Part shown: piece after piece, positions 47,024 through 55,081 of the stretch
How the letters are laid out: every line of letters starts with the position of its first letter
How positions within the stretch are numbered: the first letter of the stretch is position 1
Virus record (IMG/VR): IMGVR_UViG_3300042292_000345
Coordinates: 1-64,000 of that record
Length of the DNA stretch: 64,000 nt
Direction: 5' to 3' (one strand)
DNA from: a virus
Position numbers and translations under genes: made by a program
Notes under the pieces: generated by a model
What the model saw: only the letters and a program-made list of their open reading frames with translations
The model's database searches: none
Told to the model about the DNA's origin: nothing

Positions 47024-47063
47024 CACTAACAAAGACAGAGGACTGTCTATTTTGGAGGCATTT

Positions 47064-47399
47064 ATGCTACCGTTTATATTGGGAGTTGTAATTGGCGCAG
47101 CCTTTACTAGCTCTAAGCGATACGATCGAGAGATCAATAAAATATTAAAAACACGAAAAACAAGGCTACAAAATCTTAGACAACAACCACAAATAACGCT
47201 TGAGGGTATGGAATACGATTCAAAAGCAAAAGAGTACTTTGTGTCTATGATAACTGTTGATAGAAATACTTTTACACTTAGTACAATTCCTATTATGCTG
47301 AATGAGGTAAAATACTATTCAGTAATAATAAAGAATCAAGTAAGACCATTTTTAATTGACAAACTTGAACGCCTAAAGTTGCAAGACTTTATGGGCTAG
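47064..47399 (+). CDS. Hypothetical protein with N-terminal hydrophobic anchor
   Basis: GGAGG RBS before ATG47064 (MLPFILGVVIGAAF...). Confidence 0.7.
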   Translation: MLPFILGVVIGAAFTSSKRYDREINKILKTRKTRLQNLRQQPQITLEGMEYDSKAKEYFVSMITVDRNTFTLSTIPIMLNEVKYYSVIIKNQVRPFLIDKLERLKLQDFMG

Positions 47400-47449
47400 A
47401 CTAACTCTATGAGGCGGTGCAGCTCATAGGGTCTTGCAGTATTTTTCAT

Positions 47450-47486
47450 GACCTCCCTTCGGGGAGGTCTCCTTATTTTTTTTTTT
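47450..47486 (+). terminator. UUCG-loop hairpin with an 11-T tract
   Basis: GACCTCCC-TTCG-GGGAGGTC, then TCCTTA and T11. Preceded by another hairpin at 47404-47432. Confidence 0.8.
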
Positions 47487-47495
47487 AGGAATTAT

Positions 47496-47612
47496 ATGAA
47501 ATACTGTATGACACTAACTGCATCACTCATGATACTAGGGCCAACACACCAAGCGTTATTTATGGGTACTTTAATTTATCTTTATTGCGTAGGTAAGAAA
47601 TATGTTGGTTAG
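47496..47612 (+). CDS. Possible small hydrophobic protein (38 aa)
   Basis: AGGA RBS; MKYCMTLTASLMILGPTHQALFMGTLIYLYCVGKKYVG. Confidence 0.4.
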   Translation: MKYCMTLTASLMILGPTHQALFMGTLIYLYCVGKKYVG

Positions 47613-47647
47613 ATTAATATTATTACTATTGATATCGGAGGCAATTA

Positions 47648-49714
47648 ATGGAAGTAGCAACGATAGAAACGCTGTATCTGTATACAAGACCAAAAAGAAG
47701 CGGTGATCCAATTCTATTTGCAGAGCTTATTACAGCTATGGGTAGGGCACTTTCAGATTCTAGATGTTCGACTGAAAGAGCCAGAATTGGTGCTAACTTT
47801 ATTTACAATCTAGAAGAGCAGTGTATTCTAGAACTTCAACTGAATCAAGATAATCAATATATAATTAAGATTATCAATGATGCATGGATCTTAGATATAA
47901 TGAGGAAGTGTGTAAAGATCCATCACAGTACTTTTCCTTCTCTACTACCATATGATGACTGGGATAAATTTTATCATAGTACAGGTGCTAAACTAATAAA
48001 AAGTAAAGCACCAGAATTGAAAAAGATAAGCCCTAATACTCATCCTATTGTATTTGATAGTATTAACAGGTCTCAAAGTGTTGGTTGGAATATCAATAAA
48101 AGAATTCTACCAATAGCTGAGTGGTGTCTGAAAAGACAAGAAGCGGCTTTTAGTGATATCTGGAATCAAGTAAAGAAAGAAGCTAAAGCAACAAAGTCTA
48201 GAGAGTCTAAGACAATCATTCAGATTGCTAAAGAGTTTATTAATTCAACTTTTTATCATCTGTATTATCTTGACTTCCGTGGCAGGTGTTATCCAACTAC
48301 TGCATACCTTCACGAGCAAGGTTCAGATCTAGCAAAGGGTTTATTACTCAGAGCTGATAAGAAAAGAATCGGTGAAGGTGGTTATAGATGGTTATGTATC
48401 AGTATAGCATCTAACTGGGCAGGTGCAAGTGGTCGTCCAGATGGTGCAAAGACTGATAAGATTCCTATGTTAGAAAGGTATCAATGGACTCAAGCAAATC
48501 TAGATGTGTTGCTTAGCTATGCCAGAGATCCTCAGAAGAACAAAGGATGGATGGATGCTGATAAGTGTTGGCAGTTTCTAGCAGCTTGTATAGAGCTAAA
48601 GAAAATACATGATACTGTATTATATCATGGAGCAAATATTTATGATTATGAAAGTCATCTAGAATGTTTTATAGATGGCTCAACTAATGGCTCACAGCAT
48701 CTGGCAGCACTTACTAGAGATGAAGTAACAGCACCATATGTTAACTTAGTACCTAGTAGACTGCCTGGTGATTTATATACGTATGTTGCAAACTCTATAT
48801 GGAAATTTGTCAGTGTTACGTTAGCTGATCTAGATCCCAATCTAGTAGCTGCAGCAGAAGTATTTGTAGATACTATAATTGAAATGAAAGCACAAGTTAG
48901 AAACACTGAACCTAGAAGTGAACTAAGAAAAGCGCATTCAGAGAAATTACAGTATTATAGGAATCAATATCACTATCTAGAAGAGACAGCAGCTTTTGTC
49001 TTCTGGAATAGAGTTAAAGATTTAAAAGAACGAAGAAAGATCGTTAAACGTGGTGTAATGACTTTACCATATGGCGGGACTTCTTACGGTCTTGGAGAGC
49101 AGGTTCTAGAAGACTCTAAAAAGCATGGAATAGATCTCTTAAAAGATCTTGATATGAAATGGGGCACTTTCATGGGTAGACTTATCTTTATGAACTGTAA
49201 AGATTCATTAAAGAATCCTATGAAACTTCTAGATATATTTAGTAAAGCAGGAGTGAAGGCTGAAAAAAGAGATGAGTATCTTTCTTGGACAGTACCTGTA
49301 ACTAAGTTTCCTGTAATCCAGCATTACGATGAAGGTACAATAAAGAAAGTGTTAATTATGTATGGGGGTAGAGAATTAAAGATATCTATCTATCACTCTG
49401 AGTTTCCTACTAAAGCTAAAAGGAAGCAAGGGCAAGGAGCAGCACCTAATATTGTTCATTCACTTGATGCAGCACATCTAATGCTTACTAAAGTAACTTG
49501 TCCATTTACAGTAACAACTATTCACGATTCTTATGGATGTTTGTTAGCTGATATGGATGATTTATTTAGAATAGTTAGAGAGACATTTGTAGATCTTTAT
49601 AGAGTAAATCCATTAGATTATTTGATGGAAGAAATTCAAGGAGATATGAGTGGTTTAGAAATCGGTGCGCTAGATATCAATAGTGTACTAAAATCAGAAT
49701 ATTGCTTTAGTTAA
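47648..49714 (+). CDS. T7-like single-subunit DNA-directed RNA polymerase (compact, 688 aa)
   Basis: DFRGRCY (48272), motif A DGSTNGSQH (48674), motif B RKIVKRGVMTLPYG (49034), PNIVHSLDA (49445) and motif C IHDSY (49520). GGAGG RBS. Confidence 0.95.
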   Translation: MEVATIETLYLYTRPKRSGDPILFAELITAMGRALSDSRCSTERARIGANFIYNLEEQCILELQLNQDNQYIIKIINDAWILDIMRKCVKIHHSTFPSLLPYDDWDKFYHSTGAKLIKSKAPELKKISPNTHPIVFDSINRSQSVGWNINKRILPIAEWCLKRQEAAFSDIWNQVKKEAKATKSRESKTIIQIAKEFINSTFYHLYYLDFRGRCYPTTAYLHEQGSDLAKGLLLRADKKRIGEGGYRWLCISIASNWAGASGRPDGAKTDKIPMLERYQWTQANLDVLLSYARDPQKNKGWMDADKCWQFLAACIELKKIHDTVLYHGANIYDYESHLECFIDGSTNGSQHLAALTRDEVTAPYVNLVPSRLPGDLYTYVANSIWKFVSVTLADLDPNLVAAAEVFVDTIIEMKAQVRNTEPRSELRKAHSEKLQYYRNQYHYLEETAAFVFWNRVKDLKERRKIVKRGVMTLPYGGTSYGLGEQVLEDSKKHGIDLLKDLDMKWGTFMGRLIFMNCKDSLKNPMKLLDIFSKAGVKAEKRDEYLSWTVPVTKFPVIQHYDEGTIKKVLIMYGGRELKISIYHSEFPTKAKRKQGQGAAPNIVHSLDAAHLMLTKVTCPFTVTTIHDSYGCLLADMDDLFRIVRETFVDLYRVNPLDYLMEEIQGDMSGLEIGALDINSVLKSEYCFS

Positions 49715-49723
49715 GGAGAGCAA

Positions 49724-50113
49724 ATGAAAGAATTTAAAGATATTAAAGATTTAGAAAATTTACCACACGTAGACAATCTTATTGACGTTATTACAGATAG
49801 TCTTGATATTGATACAGCTTTAGATTTTATTGCTGGATTTTCTTTCATGTCTATTTTTGGGGGTAATCTATTCCTGATTGAGACTAAAGAGGACTTGAAA
49901 AGTGTCTGTCCTGATTTAGAATCAGATGAAGGTTATATAACGCCTTTTGATACATACGACTATGTTACTGACCTACCTACTAGTGATAAAAAGCTGTACC
50001 ATTTGCTCACTATTATTAATAACAACTCTGGTGGACCGACTTACATTGTCCCTTCAGAGCTTGTAGACCAAGATGTAGAATTTCTTATTGCAGCAGTATT
50101 AGCGCAAAATTGA
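49724..50113 (+). CDS. Hypothetical acidic protein
   Basis: AAGGAG RBS; ORF track. Confidence 0.75.
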   Translation: MKEFKDIKDLENLPHVDNLIDVITDSLDIDTALDFIAGFSFMSIFGGNLFLIETKEDLKSVCPDLESDEGYITPFDTYDYVTDLPTSDKKLYHLLTIINNNSGGPTYIVPSELVDQDVEFLIAAVLAQN

Positions 50114-50122
50114 GAGGATATT

Positions 50123-50398
50123 ATGAAAGTATTAAAACAAGTTGAAGCATTTAACACTACAGCTGAAGATATAGAAGAGCTATTTCGCATTATGTATCAT
50201 TGTGAAAAATTCACCTTCAATGGGCATCAGATAGTAGGTTTGACATTTGATCAAAACGGTCTTAAAATTACTGTATTAATTAACGCTGTTAAATTTACTG
50301 TTAATCTTAATCCAGAAACAATATTAGTACTTGACGGACATAGATTATCTATGGTTACTAGAAAGGTTTTCAATAAGGAGTACATTAAATGGGCATGA
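50123..50398 (+). CDS. Hypothetical protein
   Basis: GAGG RBS; ORF track. Confidence 0.7.
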   Translation: MKVLKQVEAFNTTAEDIEELFRIMYHCEKFTFNGHQIVGLTFDQNGLKITVLINAVKFTVNLNPETILVLDGHRLSMVTRKVFNKEYIKWA

Positions 50399-50580
50399 TG
50401 ACAGCTAATATAGTGTCACACAGTATTACAAATGATTCTGATGAGTTGCTGATAGAGTTGTTTGTAGAAGAGAAAGATGTGTTTAACATCTATATTGCTA
50501 AAGATGATATGTCTATTGAAGACATTAAATGTATTTTTGGCGCACTTAACTCTGTTTACAATAAGTTAAACGGAAAATAA
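50389..50580 (+). CDS. Hypothetical protein
   Basis: AAGGAG RBS; overlaps the upstream stop. Confidence 0.65.
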   Translation: MGMMTANIVSHSITNDSDELLIELFVEEKDVFNIYIAKDDMSIEDIKCIFGALNSVYNKLNGK

Positions 50581-50603
50581 TCTAATCTCTAAGGAGAACT
50601 AAA

Positions 50604-51152
50604 ATGGCATTACCAGTACCTGAATTGAAAACAAAAGTTGTAATCCGTGACGTAGTATTGAAATACGCCCATCTAGGTCGTCCAAGCGGAAAGTTCACTC
50701 CTGAGAATCCTACATACGAGGTTAATATTACTACGTATGATATGGATGTAAAGAAATTGCTACAAGCAATGGGTGCAAAAGTAGAGACCGATGTTGAAGA
50801 AGAAAGCGGAAAAGCCTGCCATTCTACTACACTTCGGAGTAAATCTTTGAATGTAAAAACAGGTGAGAAGATGATACCACCAACAGTAGTAGGTATGAAT
50901 AAGCTTCCAATAGATCCTAATATTATTGGTAATGGTTCTATTGGTGATGTTGTTATTTCTTCTTACGCATACACTTTCAAAGAAAAGAAAGGTACTGCAG
51001 TAAATCTACATGCAGTTAGAGTTAAAGTTCTTCACAAGTATGAAAGAGCAGAGTCTAATAGCCTTGACTTATTTGAAGATGATGATTCAGAAACTGTAGT
51101 AATTGAATCTGAAGAAGCATCTGCAGATGATTTTGATGATATGCCTTACTAG
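50604..51152 (+). CDS. Single-stranded DNA-binding protein (T7 gp2.5-like)
   Basis: IGNGSIGDV...AVRV OB-fold pattern; acidic tail ending in an aromatic residue (DDFDDMPY). Confidence 0.82.
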   Translation: MALPVPELKTKVVIRDVVLKYAHLGRPSGKFTPENPTYEVNITTYDMDVKKLLQAMGAKVETDVEEESGKACHSTTLRSKSLNVKTGEKMIPPTVVGMNKLPIDPNIIGNGSIGDVVISSYAYTFKEKKGTAVNLHAVRVKVLHKYERAESNSLDLFEDDDSETVVIESEEASADDFDDMPY

Positions 51153-51160
51153 GAGCTGAT

Positions 51161-51460
51161 ATGGTTAATGAAGAGATCAAGAAAGAAGGTAGTCCATATA
51201 AGGGCAGTGAAGCATATCACTACCAGAGTTATATAGACGACTACCAGTGGATTGAAGCCATTGGAAGAATGCCTAATTTTAGAGAACTATCTAATGGTAA
51301 ATTCTTTGGAGTAGTCGAAGTATTGGCTAGAAAATATCTAGATAGATTAGGTAAGAAAGACGACCCTGTTCAGGAATTAGATAAAGCTATTTGGTATTTA
51401 AGATATCTTAGAGCTTGTATTAAAACTAACAGTGTTGCAGATCCTAAAAATATGGAGTAA
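51161..51460 (+). CDS. DUF3310 / T7 gp1.7-like protein
   Basis: HY...WIEAI...KYLDRLGKKD...ELDKAIWYL motif. Confidence 0.8.
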   Translation: MVNEEIKKEGSPYKGSEAYHYQSYIDDYQWIEAIGRMPNFRELSNGKFFGVVEVLARKYLDRLGKKDDPVQELDKAIWYLRYLRACIKTNSVADPKNME

Positions 51461-51462
51461 GT

Positions 51463-51627
51463 ATGTTTTATAATAGAGACATCGACGTAGATAGAGAGAA
51501 CTGTGATTATCCTGAAAGTACTGATAATTGGGATGAAGATGATGGTGTTATTGTAGGTGCACATTCTTACAATAAAAACTGCTCTTGCTATCTATGTGAT
51601 CCACCAGGATTTATGCCAGGTGATTAA
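51463..51627 (+). CDS. Small acidic Cys/His-rich protein (54 aa, not in ORF track)
   Basis: GGAG RBS; MFYNRDIDVDRENCDYPESTDNWDEDDGVIVGAHSYNKNCSCYLCDPPGFMPGD. Confidence 0.6.
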   Translation: MFYNRDIDVDRENCDYPESTDNWDEDDGVIVGAHSYNKNCSCYLCDPPGFMPGD

Positions 51628-51635
51628 GTAATTAG

Positions 51636-51667
51636 AGCGCCCTAGTGACAGTAGGGCGTTTTTATTT
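51636..51667 (+). terminator. Intrinsic terminator before DNA polymerase
   Basis: AGCGCCCTA-GTGACAG-TAGGGCGTT-TTTATTT. Confidence 0.75.
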
Positions 51668-51677
51668 GGAGATATTT

Positions 51678-53561
51678 ATGAAGTTGGTATACGACATAGA
51701 GACTGATGGTCTACTGCATGATTGTACTAGAATGTGGATTCTACGTGCAGAAGATGTAACAACAAAAGAGAAGTATAGGTTCCTTGAAGGTGACTTTGGC
51801 TGGAAAGAGCTATTCAATAACGCTGAAATGCTAATAGGTCATAATATAATTTCCTATGATAACATGGTATTAAAGAAATTATTTAATTATGATATTTCAC
51901 CTGATGTAAAAGTAGTAGATACTTTATTACTATCTATGATATTAGACTATATGAGATTTAAAGGTCTAGGTCATAGTTTAGAAAGATGGGGCGAAGCACT
52001 AGGCTACCCTAAGATAGACTACCATGATTGGTCGCAGTATTCTGAAGAGATGGATATCTATTGTGAACGAGACGTTTCATTAAATGTCAGAGTTCTAGCA
52101 AATCTTAACAGAGAATTTCAGCTAGCTCCTAACAGAGAGTTGCTTTCAAAATATATAAGATGCGAACATATTGCTGCTACTTTTGTAGCTAAAGCAAATC
52201 TGAAAGGTTGGCGTATTAATATGGAGAAGGCTATCACTCTGAGAGATAAGCTAGAAGCTGAAAAAGCAGCTATTGTAGAAGCTCTAGAAGCTGATCTAGG
52301 TATCCGCGCAGTTGCTACTGATCTTAAACTAGGAGATGTAAAAGTACATGAACCTAAATTTACTAAGTATGGTACATATGTAAAATATCAGGCTGATTGG
52401 TTTGGTATTCAACCTGAAGATGCTTATCAAGAAGATGAAAGTAAAGATATTCTTGGAGGCGCTTATTGTAGAGTAGAGTTCAGACCTCTAAAGCTGAATA
52501 GTGTAGCTGATGTAAAAGTTTATTTGTTCAGACTAGGTTGGGTACCTACTCAATTTAATGTGAAAATACTTGAAGATAATAGTAGAGTAAATACTACTCC
52601 TAAAATAACTGAGGATTCAATAGAGTTCTTAGGAGAAAAAGGAAGAATGTATCTAGATTATTTAACTATTAGTTCAAGACTGTCGATTGTAAAAACTTGG
52701 GTAGAGGAGGAGAAAAATGGAAGAGTGCATGGAGATTGTTTCACTATTGGTACTCCTAGCATGCGGGCTAGGCACAGTATCATTGTCAATGTTCCCGCTG
52801 TCAAGTCTAAGTATGGTGGTGAGATGCGCGATCTTTTCATTGCTGATGAAGGAAAGAAAATCATTGGAGCTGACTCTGCTGGTAATCAGGCTAGGGGTTT
52901 AGCGCACTTTATTAATGATGAAAGCTTTACTAAGCTTTTATTAGAAGAAGATATTCATCAATTCAATGCTAATGCACTTACAGAAGTGCTTAGAGATTCC
53001 CTTCAAATGGATCACGAGGTATCGAGAGATCGTGCTAAAAGAATTTTATATGCTTTTCTCTTTGGTGCTTCAGGTGCTAAACTCTGGAGTTATGTATTTG
53101 ATTATTTTGATCCTGATAAGGGAAATATTCTAAAAGATGGCTTTACAGCTAAAGTACCAGGATTTAAAGCACTTGTTGATAGTCTTAACAAAGAGTTTAA
53201 GAACAGTAAGGTAATCAAAGATGGCAAGCGTGATAAAAACGGCTATATACGTAGCCTTGCTGGTAATAAGTTATGGATTGGCGGTAGGCATAAGTTGCTT
53301 GTATATCTGCTACAGTCAGCTGAAAAAATCACTTGTTGCTCGGCTATAAAGTGGTTCAGTGAAAAGATGGAAGAAGAAGGAATTCCTTATGAACCTTTGA
53401 TATTCTATCATGATGAAATACAATTTCAAGTAGATGAAATATATGCTAAAAGATCTGCTGAAATTGCTGCAATGGCCTTTAAAGAAGGTCCAAAAGAGTT
53501 TGGAGTCACTATCATGGATGGTGAAGCCAAGATTGGTAATAGTTGGTATGAAACACATTAA
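51678..53561 (+). CDS. DNA polymerase, family A (T7 gp5-like) with 3'-5' exonuclease
   Basis: Exo motifs YDIETDGL, GHNIISYD and YCERDV; pol motifs DSAGNQAR, RDRAKRILYAFLFG and YHDEIQ. GGAG RBS before ATG51678. Confidence 0.95.
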   Translation: MKLVYDIETDGLLHDCTRMWILRAEDVTTKEKYRFLEGDFGWKELFNNAEMLIGHNIISYDNMVLKKLFNYDISPDVKVVDTLLLSMILDYMRFKGLGHSLERWGEALGYPKIDYHDWSQYSEEMDIYCERDVSLNVRVLANLNREFQLAPNRELLSKYIRCEHIAATFVAKANLKGWRINMEKAITLRDKLEAEKAAIVEALEADLGIRAVATDLKLGDVKVHEPKFTKYGTYVKYQADWFGIQPEDAYQEDESKDILGGAYCRVEFRPLKLNSVADVKVYLFRLGWVPTQFNVKILEDNSRVNTTPKITEDSIEFLGEKGRMYLDYLTISSRLSIVKTWVEEEKNGRVHGDCFTIGTPSMRARHSIIVNVPAVKSKYGGEMRDLFIADEGKKIIGADSAGNQARGLAHFINDESFTKLLLEEDIHQFNANALTEVLRDSLQMDHEVSRDRAKRILYAFLFGASGAKLWSYVFDYFDPDKGNILKDGFTAKVPGFKALVDSLNKEFKNSKVIKDGKRDKNGYIRSLAGNKLWIGGRHKLLVYLLQSAEKITCCSAIKWFSEKMEEEGIPYEPLIFYHDEIQFQVDEIYAKRSAEIAAMAFKEGPKEFGVTIMDGEAKIGNSWYETH

Positions 53562-53569
53562 GGGGATTT

Positions 53570-53866
53570 ATGAACACACAAGAAGCATTACTAGTAATGG
53601 TTGCTGAGGAAGCAGCTGAAGTTGCACAAGCAGCATGTAAGTGCCTAAGATTTACTCCAAATCACGTTTATAGTGAGTATAAGAAAAGTAATATGGATAG
53701 GCTTTTAGAAGAACTAACAGATCTGACAGCAACTGTTGGATTACTTATGTCTAATATTAACAAAGAGGATATAGATATGGAGTTGATAAGTGAAAGTACT
53801 AGAATAGCAATGCAACGTAAAATTAAAAGCCTACAAGTATCTAAAATTGTAGGAGCAGTAAAATGA
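53570..53866 (+). CDS. MazG-like nucleotide pyrophosphohydrolase
   Basis: EEAAEVAQAACK...LLEELTDL (EExxE / ExxD) pattern. Confidence 0.75.
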   Translation: MNTQEALLVMVAEEAAEVAQAACKCLRFTPNHVYSEYKKSNMDRLLEELTDLTATVGLLMSNINKEDIDMELISESTRIAMQRKIKSLQVSKIVGAVK

Positions 53867-54654
53867 GTCTATATGCACTAGTAGATGGTGATGTAATTGT
53901 TCATTTAAGCTGTCCTAGTAGAAGAGCTTTCCATGATATTGATCCAGATCTTCCAGATGATGAAGTTGAGTACTCTTTGGAAGATGATGAAAAGTATTTA
54001 TCTGCTATCTTCTCAATCTACAAGAATAAGATAAATAATATTGTTCAGACTCTTTTTGTAGATAAAGTTCTAGTAGCTGTAAAATCTGAAAGTAATTTTA
54101 GATATAATGTCTCATCAGCCTATAAGAGCCACCGTATTAATAAACCAGGTGGTGAAATGGTTGCTGCATTACGTAGACGAGTACTGGAAGAAAATCTAGC
54201 AGTATGCCTTCCAGACTACGAGGCAGACGATCAACTTAGAATCTGGGCTGAAACACTTAGGGAAATGGGAGACGATTTCATAGTTGTAACTATTGATAAA
54301 GATCTCAAAATGATTGGAGGAAACTTCTATAATCCTAAGAGTTGTATCTCATTTGAAGTCCTACCTAGAGAAGCAGCTTTTAACTATTATCAGCAAATTC
54401 TAATGGGTGATGCTGTTGATAACATTAAGGGTATTCCTAAAATCGGTCCTAAAAAGTCTGAGAAAATACTAGATCATTGTAGAACTCATAAAGACTTTAA
54501 AGAGGCAGTAGACACTCAGTACATTATGGCATTTGGAGATAATTGGATGCAAGAACTAGAAGTAACAGGTAAGCTTATTCATTTAAGTAGATTTATTGGA
54601 GACCAATTCAACCTAGAGGAGTGGTTTGATGACCGTTCAACAGCCGTTATTTAA
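53863..54654 (+). CDS. 5'-3' exonuclease (T7 gp6-like)
   Basis: LVDGD, NFRY...YK, EADD, IDKDL and GDAVDNIKGIPKIGPK motifs. Confidence 0.92.
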   Translation: MSLYALVDGDVIVHLSCPSRRAFHDIDPDLPDDEVEYSLEDDEKYLSAIFSIYKNKINNIVQTLFVDKVLVAVKSESNFRYNVSSAYKSHRINKPGGEMVAALRRRVLEENLAVCLPDYEADDQLRIWAETLREMGDDFIVVTIDKDLKMIGGNFYNPKSCISFEVLPREAAFNYYQQILMGDAVDNIKGIPKIGPKKSEKILDHCRTHKDFKEAVDTQYIMAFGDNWMQELEVTGKLIHLSRFIGDQFNLEEWFDDRSTAVI

Positions 54655-55081
54655 TGGTCACTGGAGTTTTGAAGAACCTATGGGCGGTGCTGGCTATGTT
54701 GGTTTTATTTATATTATCAAGATATGGCCAGAAGGTAAGTTATATCTAGGTAAGAAACATTACCAAGTATCTAGAGGTAAATCGAAAGGGGATGAATCTA
54801 ATTGGAGATTCTATTGTTCTAGTAGTGATGCTATGAAGAAAATCGTATCTATCTACGGAATGCAGGATTTAGAATTCATTTGCCTTGAGCAATACAAGAC
54901 TAAGTCAGGCCTAAGCTATGCTGAAACTAAGTCTTTAGTATTAGTAGACGCGCCTTTAACTGATATGTGGCTTAATAAGAGAATTGAAGAAGTCGCATGG
55001 AATGTAAAAGAGCCAATGTCTGATCGACACTACAACAAACTGATGGAGATGAATTTGTGGCGACAAAAGGCACATTCGTAA
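54626..55081 (+). CDS. GIY-YIG-like endonuclease
   Basis: GFIYII...LYLGKK...ESNW..Y.SSS...YAE pattern. Confidence 0.65.
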   Translation: MMTVQQPLFNGHWSFEEPMGGAGYVGFIYIIKIWPEGKLYLGKKHYQVSRGKSKGDESNWRFYCSSSDAMKKIVSIYGMQDLEFICLEQYKTKSGLSYAETKSLVLVDAPLTDMWLNKRIEEVAWNVKEPMSDRHYNKLMEMNLWRQKAHS

